A stretch of 64,000 nucleotides of DNA from an uncultured Pseudomonadales bacterium (lineage in GTDB: Bacteria > Patescibacteriota > Microgenomatia > UBA1400 > PJMF01), in NCBI GenBank assembly GCA_964457085.1, contig CAYWDM010000006.1, positions 4,302 through 68,301 on the forward strand, read 5' to 3'. How positions within the stretch are numbered: position 1 is the stretch's first letter; each line of letters begins with the position of its first letter. Below the pieces are notes generated by a model. That model did no database searches. It worked only from the letters and a program-made list of their open reading frames with translations, and was not told where the DNA came from. Positions 10,079 through 19,311 of the stretch are shown piece by piece. The position numbers were made by a program, and so were the translations under genes.

Positions 10079-11880
10079 CTAAAAGCTCCCCGTTAGTGGT
10101 AGTCGACTCAATAACTCCTGCAACAGCAAACTTTCTGACTGAGATCGGTAGAAATTGACTGTTTTCTCTAAAAAACTACGATAGCGATCATCACCCTGCG
10201 TCGAAATGCTGGCTGAACTGAACAACAAGTACCTAATTCGTATCCAAGCTTCAGCATCTTGAGTGCCAAGCGAGCCAAGATGTTCTTGCCACCACTCCGC
10301 TAACTCCACCCAATTCCAAGCTAAACCCTGTTGATTCAGCCATGTAATTCCATCCTCCCCAACTACAAATTGACGGTCAAATTCGAGTTCCAAACCACCA
10401 AATATATTTTTACGTACTGTGTCGTCTTTAAAGTATTCGTACCAAACAACCTGCGGTGGTTGACTTTGATCTCGAGACAACACTCTCAATTGATATTTTC
10501 CCTGATTTCTTGAGGGTATCCACCATACTTGCCAATTAGTTGCAGAGTCATCTTCAGACTCTCCCCGCTCAGGACCGTCAACAACTTGCCAATCAGTGGC
10601 AAGCACACCGCTCTCATTAATCAATTCTGGTGATCCTCCATTCTCTATTGCTAGCAGCCAACCAGTGACAACCGAAGACTGTGCAGTTACGGGCTCTATT
10701 AACCGCAGTGAGATTGGTATCCTATTCGCTGCCAAATGCTGCCCCAGCAAACTAATCTGATACCAAGGATCTTTTATTTGGATATCTTGGGCACCTCCAA
10801 GCAAACCATCAGCTACAAAAAAATGGTTAGAGAGAGCTGCAATCACCGGTCGCCCTACAACCAACTCACTTGCAATTTTTGTAATCACAGATGACTGACC
10901 GACAATTGGCCACCAACTACTAAATTTGAGTGAATTAAAACCAGGATATTTTTGTGCGACTAGTTGTCTAGTTAGTCGTGCTGCAGCTAACCAATTTACC
11001 CATCCATCAGCAATATACCCATCAGGTTGTGCAGCTAACCACTGATTTAAACTCCCCGGATCAATCTCAACAGCATCAGTAAATTGAGTAAACCCATGTT
11101 TACGCAAAATCATCACCAAAGAGGTGAGTGCACAACCCCATCTTTCAATCGTTGGTTGATTTGACCACGACATTGCGTGGTCATAGATATCATTGGCCCA
11201 CCGACTGTCAGTCTGCATCAGTGCTTCTACCTCTGTTGCAGAGTTGTCGACTTCAGGCAATAACTCTACCCTCACGTTATCAAACCAAACCTCTGTTGGA
11301 GCAATTGCACCAGTACCCACCTTGAGAGCGATTGATCCTTGCCGACCATCAGCGAACCAGTCCATCACATCGGCCACCAGCCAGCCATCAACCCACAATT
11401 TCATTTTCTGTTCTTGCACTTCAACCACCAGATGATGCCAAGTCAGAGGTGTCATAAAAAACTGATGTCCAGAAACAAAACCTGTTTGACCCTCACGCAA
11501 TCGATACAGCTCAACCATATTTCCAACAAAATGAGCTTCATACCAATTTCTGGGATCCTGATAATTCCAGCCAAGATTGCGATCGGCACCACTAACCGGC
11601 ATCATATCGACTGAAAAACGATAATCACCCCAACCCTCATACCAAAACTCAGGTCTGGGAATCAACTCACTGACACTACTAGAACTCACTATTTTCCCCA
11701 CCAGAATGCCATCGGACACTGTCCAACTTGAGCTATTAGTCTTAGTAATCTGCCATTTTTCAATCTCACCGCTACTGAAATCATCTGCAAATACCATCGT
11801 TGCCTCTACTAAACTAACCGGAAAACAGAGTGCAATAACACCCAAAAACAAAGTGAGTATGATCACAAAAAAACATTTCA
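10079..11880 (-). CDS. secreted LamG/concanavalin-like lectin domain plus C39-like (papain-fold) cysteine peptidase domain protein
   Basis: Signal peptide MKCFFVIILTLFLGVIALCF (start moved to ATG 11880). VWFDNVRVELLP jelly-roll segment. NQPTIERWGCALTSLVMILRKHGF matches the Peptidase_C39_2 catalytic Cys region. Confidence 0.5.
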
Positions 11881-11931
11881 TAAACACTATATAAACACCA
11901 ATTCCTAACAAGAAACTGATACAATGACTAC

Positions 11932-12678
11932 ATGGATAAAACCAGAGGTGATAGCAATTTTTACGATCAATACCATCAAAAAAATCAGCCATTTAGTGGA
12001 GTAATTGGAGAAAATAATTTCACGTATTATTATTGGTTGAAGATTCTGGCCAAACATCTCCCAACACTTTCAGAAATTACTGTCCTTGATGTTGGCTGTG
12101 GAGTAGGCTCACTCAGTTTATACTGTGCAAGCAAAGGAGCGTATGTCACTGGTATTGACATTTCCAAGCGAGCCATTGCGATCGCAACCAATGCTGCATC
12201 AGCAAGCACATTTGCACACACCCCAACTTTCTATAGTCAAATACTCACAGAATCACTAGGTACCTTTGATTTAATTATCTGTAGCGAAGTAATTGAACAT
12301 GTTCCAGATGAAAAAATATTTCTGAAACAGCTTTTAGCAAATCTAAAACCAAATGGACTATTAATTCTCTCAACTCCGAACTCAGAAAATTGGTTGCGTA
12401 GATCTGGAAACTTAGCCAAATTTGATGATTCTGTCGGTCATGTCAGGTTATTTAACCCCAACAGTCTCAAAGCACTAATAGCTGCATACAATACCACGCT
12501 CATTGATTTTCAACTTACCGAAGGACCAATGCGGATGGTGCTGTTTAGCTCAATGCTCGGCCACCTGATCAGACTAATCAAAGGTCCACTAGTACCACTT
12601 TTCCATATGTTTGATCATAGTTTAACAACAATCTTTGGTTGGCACGACCAATTTGTAGTACTCAAAAAAAATGGATAA
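11932..12678 (+). CDS. class I SAM-dependent methyltransferase
   Basis: Motif I VLDVGCGVGSLS. Its stop overlaps the next gene's start (12671), which suggests translational coupling. Confidence 0.75.
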   Translation: MDKTRGDSNFYDQYHQKNQPFSGVIGENNFTYYYWLKILAKHLPTLSEITVLDVGCGVGSLSLYCASKGAYVTGIDISKRAIAIATNAASASTFAHTPTFYSQILTESLGTFDLIICSEVIEHVPDEKIFLKQLLANLKPNGLLILSTPNSENWLRRSGNLAKFDDSVGHVRLFNPNSLKALIAAYNTTLIDFQLTEGPMRMVLFSSMLGHLIRLIKGPLVPLFHMFDHSLTTIFGWHDQFVVLKKNG

Positions 12679-15600
12679 GCAGCTGCGTCTCTACAGATCA
12701 AAGTTAAGTAAAGGTCTAAAAAATAACTTTGGATTGGTGATCCTGTCGTTCTTTTTATGTATGGTGACGCTTGCAAACCTGCCCCAACCTAATCACTGGT
12801 TAGCAGGTTGGGACAACTTTAGTGTCAGCTTAGATCTACCTCTCAACTTTGCCCGAACCGTATTTGCCACATGGAGAGAATATCGTGGGTTTGGAGTTCC
12901 TAGTGATTCTGAAGTTGTGGACATCTTCCGCCAACTACCACTACTAATCTTAGGGCTACTGGTTCCAAGCTGGACACTCGAATGGATTTACTATTTTGGC
13001 ATGTATTGGCTTGGTGCCATCGGAGTTTTCTACCTCACCAAATCAGTGGTATCAAACTTGATCAAGCATACATTTGCCAACTTTGCACTACAGATGGCTG
13101 GACTCATTGGAGCCATCGCCTATGCTACGAATTTATACACCATAGATGTTTTCTACTTCCCAATCACACTCTATATTGTCAGACATGGATTTTTACCCTG
13201 GATTATCTGGTGTACGCATCAATTGCTGATCCAGGCACAACCGAGTCGCCGACTTTGGCTTTGGTTCACTATTTGTATACTTTTTGCCTCTCCAGGAGCA
13301 CTCACTGCCACCGTATTTTTTGTAACTGCGATGATTATTGGCTGCTTACTGATATTCCAAGGAACAGTAAAACGAAAGATGCAAGTGGGCCTGCTACTTA
13401 TTTCCCTACAACTATTCTGGTTACTACCATTTGGTAATTATTTTCTTCAAAAATCGAGTCAAATTACCCACGCAAATACCTTTGTACCAATCAACGAAAT
13501 GCTGCTCAACCAACCATTCGAACGATTTAGTCTTGACCGAATACTCACCTTTTCAGCAGACTTTACCTCTGGTGCACCATTTAAAGATGTAACACGCAAA
13601 CCAATCGTGGTACACCCTGGCTTGAGTTATGCACCTATCGGCGAGCAGCCACCGTTGGGGTACTGGTCACTTTGGGCACCAACCATAGTAGGTGTGCTCA
13701 TACTAGTATTCTGGCAACTCAAAAAAAGACAAGCAAACTATCTCTGGATTCCACTATTGATGGGAATTGGCGTTTTTCTACTTCGTAAAGAATATGGTTT
13801 CGCTGGCCAAGTATTTGATTGGTTAATTGACGCTGTGCCTATACTCAAAGTTATATTCCGATTCGGAGGTGCCAAACTAAATCCGCTGCTGATACTTGGA
13901 GCAAGCGTTCTCAGTGGTTTGGCAACAACAGGACTACTCATAGCTGCGAATAACTGTAAACAAAAAATACTAAAAGCCAGTCTTCAATTCGGTATTGTGA
14001 CCCTGTCACTTGCTGCCGTGGGCTGGATGGGCTGGTATCCACTGACCGGCTCACTGTATTTTCGAGTTATGAGTGTTGAATTCCCGACCGCCTACTTCCA
14101 AGCAGCCAAACAAATTAATGATGACTCCTCCTATGGCAGAGTATTACATCTCCCGTATGGACTACATAGTTACTGGCGTTCGCACACTTTTGGCTACTAT
14201 GGCTCAAGCTTTATGGCTTTTCTTCTGAAGAAACCACTCCAAGACAAAACCTTCAATCCTGGAAATCTCGACCACAACAGTTACGACACCTCTCTGATGC
14301 AGTTAATCTCAAACTCAAGCAAGCTGACCCCTGAGGCACTAAATAGCAGATCTGCAGAATTTGCTCAATTCCTGGCTCACACCAACACAACCTACATCCT
14401 TTGGGACCCAACTGTTGGCACTCAGATTCGCATTCAAGGGCTCATCACTTGGGAGCTCGTCCATACAGTTGACACCAATACTCTGATCCAATCATTGCTT
14501 GACTCTAATCGAGCAACCATTGTTGGAGAATATCCGCTACCTGGCTGGGCACAACCAACACTCGCAACCGAGTCATCAATCAAAATAGTCAAACTAAACA
14601 CAACCCAACCAGTTGTTACCAGTCAAACCACTGCAATAGTAATCGATCCAACCCAAACCAATCTACTGAGTCCTTCTTTTACTTCACTCAACACTACTTT
14701 ACTTCAAAGCAACCAGCTGCCAGCACGGTCTTACCCATGGTGGGGTCAAAACAATTCTCTTACCCACGATAGCCGTTTCTTGCAGCTCACCTACAATCAA
14801 TCTGACTTAACTGACAACATCTTGAGTCTAAAAGCTCCCGAAATTAAAACACACACCGGAAATGAATATGTAGGTGTCGACGTGCTCGCAGCGTATGTTG
14901 GTGAACAACTTGAAATTTACTTTCGACCCACACCATTACCATTCACCACCCAACTGAGCTCAACACCCACCCCAAGTTTCAGCATGCCAATCACCAAACA
15001 GGCATGGGAAAACACCACACTCAACACGAGTTTTAGTAACTACCTTAACAACTGGCATATACTTGGCAATCACCAAACAAATCAATATCGTTTAGCAATC
15101 AGTGATCAAGTGATTCCACTTCCCGCCAATCTAGCCAACCAACCCGAATATCTCACCTCTCTGTTATTACCAATTTCAGATTTGTCGCAATTGCCAATCA
15201 GCATCCTCATTGCAGACACGATTGCTGATGAACAACTACGACGTTTTTCAGGCAACTACTTTAGCCTCACCCCCGAAGTAAACTGTTGGAATGATACATT
15301 CACTGGCTTTAGTAGTACCTTTAAAACCTCACCAGACACCATTTCTGCAACCACAACTCATGGAACGCTGTGCTTTGGGGCCTCTATTGATCTAGAAGCA
15401 CCCACACAAGAAATCACCACCAGTAGTACTAAAACTTCAGATCAACGTCGTTACTTCGAACTTGAATTTTCACCAAAGTTTTTCAGTACTGCCGATACAG
15501 CGTCACACACTGAATTCCCACTGACTACACAGCAAGAATTACAATCACTCCACACATCACAACCGGTTATTTCCGAACTATTTGTCTGTCTAATGTCCAC

Positions 15601-16813
15601 ACCAACTGGTGACTGCCTTAACAAGCAGCGATTTCTTAAAGTTTCTGACTCTGACAAGGTACGAGTCACTTCACAGCGTCTGTTTTCTGAACCAAACCTG
15701 CACATCCTGATGACTCTACCAACATTCGGGTCTGAAACCCAACATGCTGAAATTTCTGAGATGGCATTAATCGGTTTTAGCCCTATAAAAAGTAGCTATG
15801 CGTCACTCAATCTTGAGGAATATCTCAATCCACCCTCTGCCACAATTTCTAATAACCAACTAGCCATCCCCTATTTCCTGTCGAGTAGTTCACTGTACAC
15901 AAACCCAAAAACACATGGCATTCAAGTTGAAAATCGAGGACTCTGTCAACTAAACCAAACAGACAGACGTAAAAATGGCATTCAACATATCTCAACCGCT
16001 GACACTGGCAAATTACAAATATATCTTGATAACTGTGCTACAAATGTGAGCTATTATTTACCGTATTTTCCAACCAATGCCTATTGGTGGTCAATTGACT
16101 ACAAACGAATTGCTGGCGGCCAACCACAATTTCTTGCCAACACCAACTTGCTCATTGCCGATGAACTGCTTGGTCTCAACCAAGGCTATCCATTTTCAGC
16201 CACAGCTCCCGCAACCGCGTCGATAACGATACCACCCCAAGGCAAATTTAAAACTAATCCATTTGAAATCTTCAGCATCACCCAATACACCGCAAACCAG
16301 TCAGCCTTTGAGCTGGATACTATCACCATTTTCCCCATTCCATTTAACTGGCAAAATAGCTACGTCGAGTCTGCCAACACCGCACTCGATTTTGCACCGC
16401 TCGCCATCACTGAGCTAAAACAACTACTCCCTTCACTTTGGTCAGTAAGACTCACTAAGCCAATCAACGAGAACCCATCCAACCAAGATTTTCTACTCAC
16501 ATTTAATCAAGGATACGATAGCCAATGGGTATTACTTCGCGGCGTACAAAAAGTCCCAGCTCACCACCTCAAAGTTAATGGTTGGGCCAACGGTTGGATT
16601 ATTACCACAGACATGATCCCAGCCGATGACACTTACTACCTCCTGTACCTACCAGAATTGCTCAGCCTGGCAGGCTGGATAGCAACTCTAATAGCAATCA
16701 CTAGCGTGATGTTTATTAATTTAAAACGGGTTGTCACTTCGCCAAACCTCACTCCACGAAAAGAGCGGCTCACCAAAATGGTAATCGCCGCTCTTCAAAA
16801 ATCTAATAAATAG
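12671..16813 (+). CDS. large polytopic membrane protein (1380 aa), GT-C/YfhO-like topology with Thr/Ser-rich extracytoplasmic C-terminal domain and C-terminal TM
   Basis: Twelve or more predicted N-terminal TM helices, a long low-complexity beta-rich C-terminal region, and a final TM (LSLAGWIATLIAITSVMFINL). Sits in a glycosylation cluster. Confidence 0.5.
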   Translation: MDKQLRLYRSKLSKGLKNNFGLVILSFFLCMVTLANLPQPNHWLAGWDNFSVSLDLPLNFARTVFATWREYRGFGVPSDSEVVDIFRQLPLLILGLLVPSWTLEWIYYFGMYWLGAIGVFYLTKSVVSNLIKHTFANFALQMAGLIGAIAYATNLYTIDVFYFPITLYIVRHGFLPWIIWCTHQLLIQAQPSRRLWLWFTICILFASPGALTATVFFVTAMIIGCLLIFQGTVKRKMQVGLLLISLQLFWLLPFGNYFLQKSSQITHANTFVPINEMLLNQPFERFSLDRILTFSADFTSGAPFKDVTRKPIVVHPGLSYAPIGEQPPLGYWSLWAPTIVGVLILVFWQLKKRQANYLWIPLLMGIGVFLLRKEYGFAGQVFDWLIDAVPILKVIFRFGGAKLNPLLILGASVLSGLATTGLLIAANNCKQKILKASLQFGIVTLSLAAVGWMGWYPLTGSLYFRVMSVEFPTAYFQAAKQINDDSSYGRVLHLPYGLHSYWRSHTFGYYGSSFMAFLLKKPLQDKTFNPGNLDHNSYDTSLMQLISNSSKLTPEALNSRSAEFAQFLAHTNTTYILWDPTVGTQIRIQGLITWELVHTVDTNTLIQSLLDSNRATIVGEYPLPGWAQPTLATESSIKIVKLNTTQPVVTSQTTAIVIDPTQTNLLSPSFTSLNTTLLQSNQLPARSYPWWGQNNSLTHDSRFLQLTYNQSDLTDNILSLKAPEIKTHTGNEYVGVDVLAAYVGEQLEIYFRPTPLPFTTQLSSTPTPSFSMPITKQAWENTTLNTSFSNYLNNWHILGNHQTNQYRLAISDQVIPLPANLANQPEYLTSLLLPISDLSQLPISILIADTIADEQLRRFSGNYFSLTPEVNCWNDTFTGFSSTFKTSPDTISATTTHGTLCFGASIDLEAPTQEITTSSTKTSDQRRYFELEFSPKFFSTADTASHTEFPLTTQQELQSLHTSQPVISELFVCLMSTPTGDCLNKQRFLKVSDSDKVRVTSQRLFSEPNLHILMTLPTFGSETQHAEISEMALIGFSPIKSSYASLNLEEYLNPPSATISNNQLAIPYFLSSSSLYTNPKTHGIQVENRGLCQLNQTDRRKNGIQHISTADTGKLQIYLDNCATNVSYYLPYFPTNAYWWSIDYKRIAGGQPQFLANTNLLIADELLGLNQGYPFSATAPATASITIPPQGKFKTNPFEIFSITQYTANQSAFELDTITIFPIPFNWQNSYVESANTALDFAPLAITELKQLLPSLWSVRLTKPINENPSNQDFLLTFNQGYDSQWVLLRGVQKVPAHHLKVNGWANGWIITTDMIPADDTYYLLYLPELLSLAGWIATLIAITSVMFINLKRVVTSPNLTPRKERLTKMVIAALQKSNK

Positions 16814-16817
16814 CTTG

Positions 16818-17717
16818 TTATGCCTTGCTCAAACTAGGTGTAGCCAAAAATAAGTTCTTTTGGCTTAACCAAGCGGCCTGTAGCTTACGCATATACCGGT
16901 AAATAGTCCAATTCAAGGTTGGTGAGGAAAAGTATCCTGCCAACAATTCTGCTACCCAGAATGCAATTTCATGTAGTTTTGGAGAGCGAATTGTCTCGGC
17001 TGCCCACCAGTGCACAGCCCAAGTTTTCATCATTTGACGTCTGTGACTGCGAATTGAACCACAATCGTTGTGCCATCTAACTCTAGTCAAGACATCAGGT
17101 AAATTAGCTAACTTGCCAACCATACCTAGTTGATACCACATGTGCACATCATCAGCTGGCCAGAAAAATTGATTATATCCATCTGTCTTCTTCCAGGCAC
17201 TAATGCGATACATCACGGTCGGATCTGAGTATGGGCTGAACATGAACCACTGAGCCCGAATTTGTTCATCAGTTTGTGGGAAACGAATCTTATCAAAATC
17301 AGGGTTTTCGTTAGTAAACATGTCTATCTGACCGCCAACTACAACATGGTCTGTATTGGCTTGTAAAAATGCCACCTGTTTTGAGATACGATCAGGAGTC
17401 ATGATGTCGTCTTGGTTAATACGAGCAATGAATTCACCTTTTGCACGTCTAATTCCATAGTTTAAACATCGAGTCATGCCTTTGTTTTTTACAAAACCGT
17501 ACGAGTGTACGTTCTTGTATTTTCTGGCATAGCGGAGACATTTCTCTTTACTTTTATCAGTACTGCCATCATCAACTAAAATGATCTCGATATTTGGATA
17601 GGTACTCTTCAAAACTGATTGAATAGCTTCATCCAAGTACTGAGTACCGTTGTAAACTGGTATCAAGACTGATACCAATGGAGTGACGCTTTTTGTGTGG
17701 TTTGTTTTCATAAGCAT
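16818..17717 (-). CDS. glycosyltransferase family 2
   Basis: VSVLIPVYNGTQYLDEAIQSVL...IEIILVDDGSTD GT2 signature. Confidence 0.8.
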   Translation of the reverse strand: MLMKTNHTKSVTPLVSVLIPVYNGTQYLDEAIQSVLKSTYPNIEIILVDDGSTDKSKEKCLRYARKYKNVHSYGFVKNKGMTRCLNYGIRRAKGEFIARINQDDIMTPDRISKQVAFLQANTDHVVVGGQIDMFTNENPDFDKIRFPQTDEQIRAQWFMFSPYSDPTVMYRISAWKKTDGYNQFFWPADDVHMWYQLGMVGKLANLPDVLTRVRWHNDCGSIRSHRRQMMKTWAVHWWAAETIRSPKLHEIAFWVAELLAGYFSSPTLNWTIYRYMRKLQAAWLSQKNLFLATPSLSKA

Positions 17718-17890
17718 TTGTAGTTACGACTTGTCGTAGCTACTTTTTTTGACTTAACTTGGCAACCAATTCATATATTTTTTAAGTATTAATCTGTTGC
17801 CAAAACTCCAGCTTTCGCTGGAGTCATCAAGTCACTCAAAGCTCAAATTTTGCTGATCATCTCAGTCTATTTTTAAGCTTTCAGTGTCTT

Positions 17891-17918
17891 GCCCGACCCC
17901 CTGTGAGGAGGGTCGGGC
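17891..17918. other. GC-rich stem-loop (GCCCGACC/GGTCGGGC) at the left boundary of the GC-rich island
   Basis: 8-bp perfect GC stem immediately downstream of the 17936 stop. No clean U-tract. Confidence 0.4.
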
Positions 17919-17935
17919 AGACATACGTGCAGGAA

Positions 17936-18772
17936 TTACTTGATGAGAGTCACGGGTTCAAACGTGTAGTCGGTGTCGTTTGGAACGAACACCAAACCGG
18001 TAGTGAGGTGAATGGTCTTGAGGTTTTTACCCTCAGCCAGGAACATTCCCCAGCGTCCCATGGTCGATCCGTCGTAAAACGGCTCAACAGAGATACTGGA
18101 GTTGTCCACTCTGCTATCATTCAACTCCGCCATGATAAACGCTCCGCCATCCTTGATGGTCAGGTCGAGTCCCTTGCAGGACTCGAGATTGGCGTTGTAC
18201 CAGGTTCCACCCTCGGTGACGACTTTGCATTGCCCGGCGCCGTTACGTTCAACGGCAAAAATCCAGACAACAACATTGTCGGTGACCTCATACAGCGAGG
18301 TCTGCTTGCCCATGCCCTTGCGGGCTTTGCTGTACTGATTGATATAATCTCTCAGCCAGTCGAAGGCGTCGCCTTGCATCTTCAGCGTCGGCACAGTTGG
18401 GGCATCCGTAACGAACGGGCCAGCTCCGGGAACCGGAGTGGCTTTGGTGCGTTCGTATTTCAGCATTTCGAAAACCTGCGGTGAAACACCGAGGTCGTTC
18501 GGAGTAGCTGTGGGATTACCGACTTGTGGCTGAGGTTGGCTGGTCGGCAGTTTTGGCATCGAGATGCCATTACTTTTGACAAACCACACGGCGAGAGCAA
18601 TGAATGCCACACAGGCGAAAATTCCGAGACCGATCCAAAGAGGGGTCCAGTTCCGGCGCTTTTTGGGGGCACGGAAAGTGGGTTCTTCAGAAGCGGGTTC
18701 AGATTCGAAAGCGGCGGGCACGTCAACATCGGGGAGTACTTCAGGTTCAGGGGTAGAGCTCGAGGTAGGCAT
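17936..18772 (-). CDS. membrane-anchored, Pro-rich secreted protein of unknown function on a GC-rich island
   Basis: 278 aa. N-terminal PEP-rich region, then TM LWIGLGIFACVAFIALAVWFV. GC3-rich codon usage unlike its neighbours. Strong SD (AGAAGGAGA) upstream. Confidence 0.55.
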   Translation of the reverse strand: MPTSSSTPEPEVLPDVDVPAAFESEPASEEPTFRAPKKRRNWTPLWIGLGIFACVAFIALAVWFVKSNGISMPKLPTSQPQPQVGNPTATPNDLGVSPQVFEMLKYERTKATPVPGAGPFVTDAPTVPTLKMQGDAFDWLRDYINQYSKARKGMGKQTSLYEVTDNVVVWIFAVERNGAGQCKVVTEGGTWYNANLESCKGLDLTIKDGGAFIMAELNDSRVDNSSISVEPFYDGSTMGRWGMFLAEGKNLKTIHLTTGLVFVPNDTDYTFEPVTLIK

Positions 18773-19311
18773 AATATTTTCTCCTTCTGGGAAAGTTGAT
18801 TATTTACCATGAGCCCTACCAGAGCTCACGGTAAATTGTTTGGATTAGGCCGTGAGCACTCCTACGGCCAACAGTGGGTTTTAGGCCATTGCTGGCCGAA
18901 AAACCTTGCCCTAGCGGGCAGAGGGGAGGCTCACGCTTACCACCAAAAAATGATGATAACGGTGAGCCTCCAATCAAACTGTTGGACGATTCTTCAGTAA
19001 TTCAATTACGTATGTCTTTTAAAGTGCATCCCTTACGGGATACGTGCTGTCGAAAACGGTCGCACAGTAAATCGCATATAGTGATTTGCGTGCAACTTGT
19101 CATCTCCAGCTTGATCAAAACCCTGCCCTGATTTCGATCAAGCTATAGATGAATGAGTGAAAAAGTTTCGTGCTTATTAGGCTTCACTCGATGTATTTAT
19201 TTGTTAACAGTATCAATGTAGCACAAAACAGTACTGATGTCAACACTATAGGACTCTATACCTGGTTGAAATACAGATTTTGGTGAAAAATAAAGAATAA
19301 CTGAGGAGAAT

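Noticed and set aside
18102-19131. Several plus-strand ORFs (63-91 aa) and a 116-aa minus ORF in the GC-rich island
   Set aside because: GC-rich DNA yields long stop-free frames. They are antisense to, or nested in, the 17936-18772 gene and have no RBS.
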